DNA from: Methanobacteriota archaeon
Lineage (GTDB): Archaea; Thermoplasmatota; Poseidoniia; Poseidoniales; Thalassarchaeaceae
Length of the DNA stretch: 64,000 bases
Assembly (NCBI GenBank): GCA_014240285.1
Contig: JAAZXI010000003.1
Location: 398-64,397 of the forward strand
Direction of reading: 5' to 3'
The position numbers were made by a program, and so were the translations under genes. Below are positions 35,050-42,767 of the stretch, one piece after another. Each line of letters begins with the position of its first letter. The first letter of the stretch is position 1. The notes beneath the pieces are model-generated. The model had not been told where the DNA came from, ran no database searches, and saw only the letters and a program-made list of their open reading frames with translations.

Positions 35050-35810
35050 ACCGCACGAGGATTCACTGGCTGGTAGGTGAAGGGGTGCCTGAACACGCAG
35101 CGATGTTGGAGGCAGTGCCGGGTGTGGGCAATGTAGGTAAGATAGTGGTCGATTCACTAGTGGACAAACACCCCTCACGAACCATAGGATGGATTCTTCA
35201 CCCTGATTTTCCCCCACATTCAACACTAGATGGCAATGGACTCGTCTCCCCTCCTCGCATCAACATCAACTCGGTTCTGCTCCCTGACGGCAGGACGGTG
35301 ATTACGGTTGGTGGGCCATTGCAGCCGATGACAGCTGCCGGACAGCACGAAGTCTCCGAGGCGATTCTCGAGTTGGCCTCTGAGTCGGGTACTCCCCAGC
35401 TTCTGGTGCTGGCCGGACTCACGGCAGGTACCGATGACAGGGAGATTCACGTAATCTGTGCCGATGCCGAAGTCAGGAAGAACCTCGAGGCGAACGACAT
35501 CCCGGTCAGCAAGGAGCAGCCCGAGGCCGGGATGATTGGCATAGCCGGGCTTCTGATTGCCCTTTCCCCGCTGTACGGCGTTCCCGCAGTCGGCCTTGTC
35601 GCAGAGACCATAGGGGCCAGCACCGATGTGCTGGCAGCCGACCGTCTGGCTTCGTGGATAGAAGCGGGGCTCGACCTCCCTCTCGACTTGGATCTCGACT
35701 CAACCGAGGAGACAGCTAGGAAACTGATGGAGACAATGGAGGTCAGCGGCTCGATAGAGGAGACCCTTAGTGCAGCCGAATCCGAGGGCTCTAGTGACTT
35801 CTACGTCTGA
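35046..35810 (+). CDS. PAC2-family proteasome assembly chaperone-like protein
   Basis: It has VPGVGNVGKIVVDSLV and an overall PAC2/COG1938-like pattern. It overlaps the nop10 stop by 4 nt, in the conserved archaeal position. Confidence 0.7.
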   Translation: MNRTRIHWLVGEGVPEHAAMLEAVPGVGNVGKIVVDSLVDKHPSRTIGWILHPDFPPHSTLDGNGLVSPPRININSVLLPDGRTVITVGGPLQPMTAAGQHEVSEAILELASESGTPQLLVLAGLTAGTDDREIHVICADAEVRKNLEANDIPVSKEQPEAGMIGIAGLLIALSPLYGVPAVGLVAETIGASTDVLAADRLASWIEAGLDLPLDLDLDSTEETARKLMETMEVSGSIEETLSAAESEGSSDFYV

Positions 35811-35835
35811 ACTATCGGCGGTTCAATCCTAATGA

Positions 35836-37560
35836 TTATTGATTAGAGAGGATTAGTGAAACGTTATCCGCGTATGCATCATTGTAGCCTGATTCTAGAT
35901 ATGCATTCAACGTGACTCGCACATAAGTCGAGGACGGAGGGACTTCGCCGATTTCCCCTTGGAGGTATATTCCAGTCGTGTTGTTCCTGTCTTCAGCGTA
36001 TAGGGGTCCGATTCCGTCCGAGAGGAGGAGGTTTCCTGAGGAATCGAAGAACTCTACGAGTACCTCCATGCGGTCGTCCTGGGTAGAATAACCGCCAATG
36101 AAGGCCGTGAGAGAATAGGTGATGCTTCCGCCCTGAATGTCAGATTGAATTGCACTCAGGTCGATGTCTTGGTGCATAGATGAGTCGCCACTGGATCCAC
36201 CGCCGAAGTAGTTCAATCCCCTATCGGAAGGCCCCGGATCATCCATCAGTATGTATGTCGGTGCACCGTATACCCAAGTGGTGAGTGTGCCATTGTCCGT
36301 CCATCCCGGGATTGACGCATCTTGGCCGCTCGGCCAGTAGCCACGTTCTAGCTCCGCATCTCCGTTGAATACCAGATTAATTCCCAGTTCGGCATCCGAC
36401 TGCCCTGTCGGCTCCAAGCCAACGGCTCGTCCGTCCAAATCCCATTCGGGCCTCACATCCACCCCCATGTGGCGCAGTGCCGTGGGCACGATGTCAACCG
36501 CGTCAGGGGCTGGCCAAATTGGGCCTGGAGACTCGACACCCCAGATGATCAACGGAACCTCTCTGTGCTCTGGGATGTTGTACCCATGACCATATCCGGA
36601 CCCAGCGTGATCTGAGGAGACGATCACCATCCAGTCCTCCTCGGCGTAGTTGGTTCGAGCGAATATCGCATCCATCATCATGCCAATCAAGGCATCGCTC
36701 TGGTTCATGGCTGCTACATATTGGGGAATCGAAGGGTGGAAGCCGTAGGCGTGTCCTGCCGCGTCCGGAGCGTCGATGACTATCGTCACCGCGTCCATCT
36801 GTTGGTTAGCAAGGTCAGTGGCGAGTTGTGTTGCAATCGAATTGTCGCTCCCCGTGACGTACATATCCACGCAGTACCCGCACACCGAGAAATCGAGAGC
36901 AGCGTCGGCCATCGGGAGCCAATTGTGGTACGCTGCCGTGTGCATCTCCGGTCGTTCGTATTTCAGGAGGTTGAACCAGTATGGGTATTCCTGGTAGTTC
37001 GCATCACCGAAGCTGTTGCCATGTACGTTGTGCTTGTCCCTGTGGACACCAGTCAGGAAGCTGGAGTGACCCGACCCGCTGATGGCCGTATCCTCTACCC
37101 TTGCTTCCATCGAGTAGGCGCTGTCTTGCATCATCATGTCAATGGTCGGGGTGTGTGCCGCAGCGATGACATCGGGCCTCCAGCCGTCTAGCAGCACCAT
37201 CAGGACATGGGGCTGGATGTACCTGCAGGAGCCGTCATCGGTGTCGGCTGTCGCATTGAAGTTCAGGGCAGAAGAATTCATGCAACCCGGGACTGGGTCA
37301 GGAGGGTACTCGCAGGAGCCGTCGTCGACTGTGGCCGCCACGTCGTAGTTGGTGGCCCCCTCGTACGTGCACCCAAGGGCCTCCTCGGGCGGTCCGGGGT
37401 ACTCACAGGAGCCGTCATCAGTTACGGCCGACTCGTTGAAATTGAGTGCATCCGGATAGGTGCATCCGGATGCGGTTTCGGTGTTATCCGGGGGCGAGGT
37501 GCAACCGGTCAGAGGACCGGAGAGGAGGAGGAGTACGACAAGATAACTCAGGCGGCGCAT
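35836..37560 (-). CDS. Lipoprotein: three Cys-bounded NY modules, a nucleotide pyrophosphatase/phosphodiesterase (alkaline phosphatase superfamily) domain and a C-terminal jelly-roll-like domain
   Basis: The lipobox is LSGPLTGC. The NPP motifs are VLLDGWRPD, SGSGHSSFLTGVHRDKHNVHGN, DAPDAAGHAYG and SSDHAGSGYGHG. Confidence 0.75.
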   Translation of the reverse strand: MRRLSYLVVLLLLSGPLTGCTSPPDNTETASGCTYPDALNFNESAVTDDGSCEYPGPPEEALGCTYEGATNYDVAATVDDGSCEYPPDPVPGCMNSSALNFNATADTDDGSCRYIQPHVLMVLLDGWRPDVIAAAHTPTIDMMMQDSAYSMEARVEDTAISGSGHSSFLTGVHRDKHNVHGNSFGDANYQEYPYWFNLLKYERPEMHTAAYHNWLPMADAALDFSVCGYCVDMYVTGSDNSIATQLATDLANQQMDAVTIVIDAPDAAGHAYGFHPSIPQYVAAMNQSDALIGMMMDAIFARTNYAEEDWMVIVSSDHAGSGYGHGYNIPEHREVPLIIWGVESPGPIWPAPDAVDIVPTALRHMGVDVRPEWDLDGRAVGLEPTGQSDAELGINLVFNGDAELERGYWPSGQDASIPGWTDNGTLTTWVYGAPTYILMDDPGPSDRGLNYFGGGSSGDSSMHQDIDLSAIQSDIQGGSITYSLTAFIGGYSTQDDRMEVLVEFFDSSGNLLLSDGIGPLYAEDRNNTTGIYLQGEIGEVPPSSTYVRVTLNAYLESGYNDAYADNVSLILSNQ

Positions 37561-37615
37561 GTTCGGCCGTTAGACGACGGACGTAAAATACAATGCAATA
37601 AGCGATTGACTTGAG

Positions 37616-37816
37616 TCAACCGCCAGATGAGACCACAATCAACTCTAGACTGATATCGGACTCAATACGGGATGTGTGAGGTACGATTGTATCGCCGTGA
37701 ACCGCGAGAACAGTAGATGCCGGTATGCCTAGTTTCTCAAGTAGATCTGATATTGTGATTGGCCCTTCGTATTCGACCGGAATCACTTCTCCATCATGGC
37801 TGACCTCGATCTGCAT
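37616..37816 (-). CDS. ThiS/SAMP2-like ubiquitin-fold protein ending in GG
   Basis: It is 66 aa from ATG 37816 (MQIEVSHDGEVIPVEY...LELIVVSSGG). The length and layout match haloarchaeal SAMP2. The longer ORF-track version would run into tRNA-Ser. Confidence 0.7.
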   Translation of the reverse strand: MQIEVSHDGEVIPVEYEGPITISDLLEKLGIPASTVLAVHGDTIVPHTSRIESDISLELIVVSSGG

Positions 37817-37869
37817 GGCCTTGCGTATCGGGTCAGGCTTATCTCTAATCCGCAGGTGGCCGAACCGCT

Positions 37870-37955
37870 GCCGAGATCGCATAGCCCGGTATTGCGGTGG
37901 ATTCGAAATCCACTGTCCATTGGACGCGGGGGTTCAAATCCCTCTCTCGGCGCCA
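37870..37955 (+). tRNA. tRNA-Ser (anticodon CGA), long variable arm, CCA encoded
   Basis: The acceptor is GCCGAGA/TCTCGGC. The anticodon stem is GTGGA/TCCAC with loop TTCGAAA. The variable arm is TGTCCATTGGACGC. The T-arm is GGGGG-TTCAAAT-CCCTC, followed by G and CCA. Confidence 0.85.
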
Positions 37956-39797
37956 CTAAAATTCTGGCACTTCTGAGGCGTTCCGTAGTATGACGAGTCG
38001 TCCACCCGGACCAATCCTAACTTGCGGCTGTCCGTTGAACTCGCCGATTTCTCCATTCAACACTGCTATCTCATCGCCCCTCGCCACTCCCGCTGCCGCT
38101 AGGGGGATGAACTGCCTGAACGCGACTACTCCGGCAGAGCCGGTCTGGTCGACCAAAGTCACCGACCACCTTGTCACCCCCTCTCCATCCGGGAAGGCGT
38201 TTACCGACCAAACCCTGCCGATGGCGTTGATCTTGGTCTCTATGTCCACGATAGGGGCGGAGTCGGACTCGTCTGCGATTGCGACCGAGGACTTCTCGTC
38301 AAGATCGAGAACAACCTCTCCCTTCCACACCGATGCCATAGCGTTCTCGATGCGTACCCTGCTGTTGTTGGCAATAGAGCGGGTCACTTCCCTCGGGGTG
38401 CCGTAGCGTGAGGGTCGGACCTTGGCGCGGTCGTAGCCCTCCTGCAACACAAATGAGAGTTCTACCGAACCGTCATCCGCTAGGTTGGGTCCGCGCAAAC
38501 CTGAGACCTCTCCGACGACGTTGACACGGGTCACTATCTCTCCGAGCGGAGTTACGGGCCAGCGGTGACCGAAGCGCTCAATGCTGCGCTCGAGAGGGAG
38601 TTCAAGCTCGTGATTGCTGCCCTCGCATACGCCTCGCAACTGACAGCGTTTGCAACGCGCTTTCGGGTTGGAGTCGACTGGTGTTTTGGAAGGCATACCT
38701 CCTTTGTCGAAGTACCGTAGCGGTGCCGGGTTAGGTCGGCACTCGTCAATCGAAGGGTTGCGAGCGTGGATAGTCTGATACAGCTCTTTGAGCTCCTCAC
38801 TGAGGGTCTGCATCTCCTCCTGATTTGGCTTAGGCACATCCTTGATTGTGCCGGTTCCAAGGTACCAAATCTCCAGTGCCTCTACCTCATCTGCCCTGCC
38901 GTGCGTCTCCCACCACAGCCAGCAGTACAGGCGCAGTTGGTCGATGTAGCCACCTGAGCGGTCACCCTTACCTATCGATGCCTTGAGATCGATAATCCGG
39001 ATGGCACCTGTCCAATAATACACCATGTCATACTCTCCCTGGAACCACTCTTCGGGGTGCGAAGTAGTCTGCTTCCACTGCCCTGCGTCGGGGTCTACGA
39101 ACCATGGCCGCGCGACCTCCCACGCCTCGCACCAAGTGATATTGCCCGAGCCGAGCGCGGCGGGGTGCCTCTCAATCCAAGTCCGCGGAAATCCATCTGG
39201 AGCAGGCCAATAGTCCCTGATACCACCTGCGCGCCACTGCGTGAACTTCGGCCCTCCTCCGGCCTCCAAGCAGGCTTCGACTTGGTCGAGGTGCATTCTG
39301 ATACCAGCCCGTATCATCTCGAGTGCCTCTTCGGGATCAGCATCAGCAACCGAGCCGGAGCGATTGGGGGACGATTCCCAATCTGCAACGGCCGCCTCCC
39401 AGCAGACATCGAAGTGGACTTCGGCTCGGGCCAGTGCCCAGGCCTCGAGGGATTGTCTGTCGATGGGCCACTGCTCCCCAGGTAACTCGGACATAGCAGG
39501 GCCTGGCCATGCATTCTGATTGTCATAGTCGAGTGAGCCGTCATCGAGCAAAGGAGATGTCATTTCATCGGTGGAATCGGCTGAAACTAGAACGGGGGAG
39601 TCCCTGAGGACGCGGCAGACGCATTCCTCTGCAGCGTTGCCTCGGATAATCTGAGGCGGTAGGGGACTCTTCAGTCGCTCTATGTAGGTGTAGTACCAGA
39701 GCCTGTTACAGGACTTCCAAGTGATGACCTGTGATGCCGAAAGCCGGCGGAATGGATTGACTCCAACAACTTGAGGGTCCCCAATTCTGACTGGCAT
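37956..39797 (-). CDS. Cas4/Exo5-like Fe-S PD-(D/E)XK nuclease fused to two C-terminal OB-fold-like domains
   Basis: The N-terminus is LSASQVITWKSCNRLWYY. The core motifs are GEYDMVYY, IRIIDLKAS and YIDQLRLYCW. The Cys triad is CKRCQLRGVC. The C-terminal half has two beta-rich OB-like units. An ATG lies at 39797, and the ORF track starts at a TTG at 39809. Confidence 0.7.
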   Translation of the reverse strand: MPVRIGDPQVVGVNPFRRLSASQVITWKSCNRLWYYTYIERLKSPLPPQIIRGNAAEECVCRVLRDSPVLVSADSTDEMTSPLLDDGSLDYDNQNAWPGPAMSELPGEQWPIDRQSLEAWALARAEVHFDVCWEAAVADWESSPNRSGSVADADPEEALEMIRAGIRMHLDQVEACLEAGGGPKFTQWRAGGIRDYWPAPDGFPRTWIERHPAALGSGNITWCEAWEVARPWFVDPDAGQWKQTTSHPEEWFQGEYDMVYYWTGAIRIIDLKASIGKGDRSGGYIDQLRLYCWLWWETHGRADEVEALEIWYLGTGTIKDVPKPNQEEMQTLSEELKELYQTIHARNPSIDECRPNPAPLRYFDKGGMPSKTPVDSNPKARCKRCQLRGVCEGSNHELELPLERSIERFGHRWPVTPLGEIVTRVNVVGEVSGLRGPNLADDGSVELSFVLQEGYDRAKVRPSRYGTPREVTRSIANNSRVRIENAMASVWKGEVVLDLDEKSSVAIADESDSAPIVDIETKINAIGRVWSVNAFPDGEGVTRWSVTLVDQTGSAGVVAFRQFIPLAAAGVARGDEIAVLNGEIGEFNGQPQVRIGPGGRLVILRNASEVPEF

Positions 39798-39847
39798 GAT
39801 TGGTAACAAAAGTCGAGACTCTATGAACCCAACGAGAAGGGCTCGCT

Positions 39848-40990
39848 CTATCTATTGTCATTGAGCCAGACCACCGTGACCTCCATCCTCTCAAAGGTCG
39901 GTGTGACTTCCACCATGGCGACGGAGGCATCGACGTGCTCGGCTATCGACTCAGCCACGACGAGTGGGAGTTCGATGCGCTGGTTATCGGAGTCCCACAG
40001 CATGAACCTGTGCGGCAGGTCGGTCTGCTCGGCTATCTCCTCTCTCCACGATTCCTGATCATTCTCGGTAGCGTATATGGCACCGAACATCAAAGTCGAG
40101 TCTTCAGTCAGCGTCTCGTGCGGTGCTATGGTCGCTTCGCCGCGACGTTGGAATCTCCTTCGCAGCTGCCCGGCATCCTTGTAGACGGCGGTGCAGAACT
40201 TCAGGTGGTAGCCATACGGGTCTCGTGTCTCTGCGTCGATTGGGTCAGGGAGGCCATTCGCTGCGGCGATTACGCGATTACGCAGAATGTGCGCCAGTTC
40301 GGCAGAGCCTGCAGCGCCAGCGGTTATCTCAGTCGACAGGTTGAATCCACGTAACTCCATGTTGTCGATGTTACCGACGGTGATTTCGAGCTCGTTGAGA
40401 TTGAGGAAGTCGACATTGAAGCCTCGTAGGGTCTCCAGTAGCTCTAGCAGCTCGGATTCCTTGTCGGGCTCGCAGGGTAGTTCTACACCGGTGAAGATAC
40501 TAGCAGCTGAGCACGCAGCGATGGTCTCGCGGTACTGCTCGGCTTCAAGATCGAGGAAATGGAATCTTATCTCATCGAGTCCCGCCTCGGCGAACTCGGC
40601 GGCCCACTCTGGGCGGAACGGGATGCTGGTGTACATGTGGAGGTGGAAATTCGGGCCGAACTCGGCCTTCAGGCGCCTGATTCCCTCAAGTGTCCTCTCA
40701 CGTGCCATCAACGGGTCGCCGCCGGTGATTCCAGCACCTGTGGCGCGCATAGCCCTCGCTTCCTCAATTACCTCATCGAAACTCTCGCAGCGCCGCTCAT
40801 TAGCGAACATGTGGTCGATGTCGCGTCGGGTCTCGGAGAGTGGGCAGTAATCACAGCGCCAGTGACAGTTGCCTGTGATGAACAGTACTAGTTTGCTGCC
40901 CATCTGGCACTGTATGCACCCCTCTGCATCGGCTTCCTCGGGAGGCTCGTGCAACTCTGGCACCTGTGGTAGGCCAACTGTGATGCTCAT
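39848..40990 (-). CDS. Radical SAM protein of unknown function (distantly PFL-activase-like)
   Basis: CIQC is followed by KLVLFITGNCHWRCDYCPLS, which contains the CX3CX2C motif, and then by GITGGDPL. From memory it resembles archaeal COG2108 proteins, which I have not verified. Confidence 0.85.
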   Translation of the reverse strand: MSITVGLPQVPELHEPPEEADAEGCIQCQMGSKLVLFITGNCHWRCDYCPLSETRRDIDHMFANERRCESFDEVIEEARAMRATGAGITGGDPLMARERTLEGIRRLKAEFGPNFHLHMYTSIPFRPEWAAEFAEAGLDEIRFHFLDLEAEQYRETIAACSAASIFTGVELPCEPDKESELLELLETLRGFNVDFLNLNELEITVGNIDNMELRGFNLSTEITAGAAGSAELAHILRNRVIAAANGLPDPIDAETRDPYGYHLKFCTAVYKDAGQLRRRFQRRGEATIAPHETLTEDSTLMFGAIYATENDQESWREEIAEQTDLPHRFMLWDSDNQRIELPLVVAESIAEHVDASVAMVEVTPTFERMEVTVVWLNDNR

Positions 40991-41589
40991 GTCGAAGCAC
41001 CTGCTGCAGTCTCAAGCAACCAGCGATGGAAGCCCGTGTCAGATGAGAGTTCGGGGTGGAAGGTTAGGGCGAGTCTGTTATCGGTCCTCACGCCAACCAC
41101 CTCCTCGCCATGCAATGCGGCCACAGATGAGGACTCGTTGTGTGATGCGAACCGAGGAGCACGGATGAACACACCGGGGAAGTCGCGCCCTAGGATAGTA
41201 GCCTCGAGTGGACTCTGGAAGGAATCGGCCTGTCGGCCGTACGCGTTACGGTCGATGTTCGCGCCGATTAACGGTTCACCGCCGTCCTGCGGGTCGGCCA
41301 GAAGAATCGCGCCCGCGCAGGTGCCAAGCACAGGATGCGAGGAGTCAGAGCGGATCCATTCGAAAAGAGCGGGCAAGAGTCCTGATTCCTTATGGTTCCC
41401 GATCAGTCGCATGGTAGTCGACTCTCCCCCTGGTAGCACGATGGCGTGAGGGTCTGCTGTGGCCAAATCGGAGGCTTTGCGTAGTTCGTGGACCTCGATC
41501 TCGATATTGCACTCCTCGGCGGCCCGCTGGAGTGCTGCAATGTGAACATGGCGGGCGCCTTGCAGCATGACGAGGCCTATGCGGAGCAC
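40987..41589 (-). CDS. pdxT: Pyridoxal 5'-phosphate synthase glutaminase subunit PdxT
   Basis: From GTG 41589 the N-terminus is LRIGLVMLQGA. Other motifs are LPGGESTTM, GTCAGAILLA, RNAYGRQADSF, FIRAP and FHPELS. Confidence 0.9.
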   Translation of the reverse strand: MLRIGLVMLQGARHVHIAALQRAAEECNIEIEVHELRKASDLATADPHAIVLPGGESTTMRLIGNHKESGLLPALFEWIRSDSSHPVLGTCAGAILLADPQDGGEPLIGANIDRNAYGRQADSFQSPLEATILGRDFPGVFIRAPRFASHNESSSVAALHGEEVVGVRTDNRLALTFHPELSSDTGFHRWLLETAAGAST

Positions 41590-41670
41590 GACTGTCCGTC
41601 CGGCCACCCGAAAATGAACCCTATCGTAGGCTCCGATGGGCTGAAAGGCCGGGAGCGGGCGCGTCGGAGC

Positions 41671-42762
41671 GTGCAACCTGCCGGTCGCATCCACAACTTC
41701 GGCGCCGGGCCAGCTGTGATGCCGCTGGAAGTAGTTGAAGAGGTCGCGGCGGCGCTGCCCAACCTCAACAAGAGTGGTTTCGGGCTACTTGAGGTGTCTC
41801 ACCGCAGCCCGACCTTTCAAAGCGTAATCGACTCGGCCGTGGAGCGAATCAGGAGAGTCCTGTCGGTTCCAGATGACTACGAGGTGCTGTTCCTGCAAGG
41901 TGGTGCCTCAACTCAATTTTACATGACCGCTTTGAATCTGCTCGAAGGGGGAGAGGAAGCGGATTTCCTAGTCACCGGTGGCTGGTCGCAGAAGGCCCTC
42001 AAAGAGGCCAGCAGAGTGGGTGATGCATTTGCAGCTTGGGATGACTCTGAGAACGATTTCAAATCAGTCCCGCAGGATGGAGACTACACGGTTCGCGAGA
42101 ACGCAGCCTATGTCCACTACACCTCTAACAACACCCTGTATGGCACTCAATTCCACCACCTGCCTGACAGTGGAGGCAAACCGAGGGTGGTCGATGCCAG
42201 CTCGGATATCTGCGGCGTCGCCATAGATGTCTCGGCCCACGATGTCATCTACGCAGGTGCGCAGAAGAACCTCGGTCCGAGCGGCGTAACTCTGGTAATC
42301 CTCTCGCCATGGGCATTGGCCAGAGCCAAGCAGGGGATCCCTACGATGCTCGACTACCATACTCACATCTCCAAGGGTTCGATGTTCAACACCCCCAACA
42401 CCTTCGGCATCTACGTGCTCGACCGGATTTTCGCCTGGATTGAGCGCAACGGTGGGCTCGATGGCGCCATCGAGCGAAACCGCACCAAGGCTGCTCTCCT
42501 CTACGGAGAGCTTGATCGAAGCGACTTCTGGCGCCCGCACGCGCATGGGGGTTCGCGTTCGGTGATGAATGTCACATGGCGTCTGGCCAATGAGAATCTC
42601 GAGGGAGCCTTCCTAGCAGAGGCCACGGCAGCAGGATTCGGTGGACTGAAGGGGCATCGCAGCGTTGGCGGCATACGTGCCAGCATGTACAATGGATGCC
42701 CGATTGAAAGCGTCGTGGCCCTAGTTGGTTTCATGCGCGACTTTGAGTCGCAGCACAGCTGA
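41671..42762 (+). CDS. serC: Phosphoserine aminotransferase
   Basis: From GTG 41671 the N-terminus includes HNFGAGPAVMPLEV. Other motifs are EVSHRSPTF, LFLQGGASTQF, YAGAQKNLGPSG and GGIRASMYN. The 363-aa length is typical. Confidence 0.9.
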   Translation: MQPAGRIHNFGAGPAVMPLEVVEEVAAALPNLNKSGFGLLEVSHRSPTFQSVIDSAVERIRRVLSVPDDYEVLFLQGGASTQFYMTALNLLEGGEEADFLVTGGWSQKALKEASRVGDAFAAWDDSENDFKSVPQDGDYTVRENAAYVHYTSNNTLYGTQFHHLPDSGGKPRVVDASSDICGVAIDVSAHDVIYAGAQKNLGPSGVTLVILSPWALARAKQGIPTMLDYHTHISKGSMFNTPNTFGIYVLDRIFAWIERNGGLDGAIERNRTKAALLYGELDRSDFWRPHAHGGSRSVMNVTWRLANENLEGAFLAEATAAGFGGLKGHRSVGGIRASMYNGCPIESVVALVGFMRDFESQHS

Positions 42763-42767
42763 GTGGT

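Noticed and set aside
37870-39797. A possible tRNA-Ser-adjacent integrated element carrying the nuclease.
   Set aside because: There is no integrase or recombinase. I found no direct repeat of the tRNA 3' end by eye, and the flanking genes are core metabolism. I keep the nuclease as a finding but not as a mobile element.
41590-41670. The pdxT-serC divergent arrangement as a possible PLP-pathway regulon, since SerC acts in the DXP-dependent PLP route in E. coli.
   Set aside because: PdxT belongs to the DXP-independent route. The serC here is followed by deoC and is most simply the serine-biosynthesis enzyme. The adjacency is likely coincidental.
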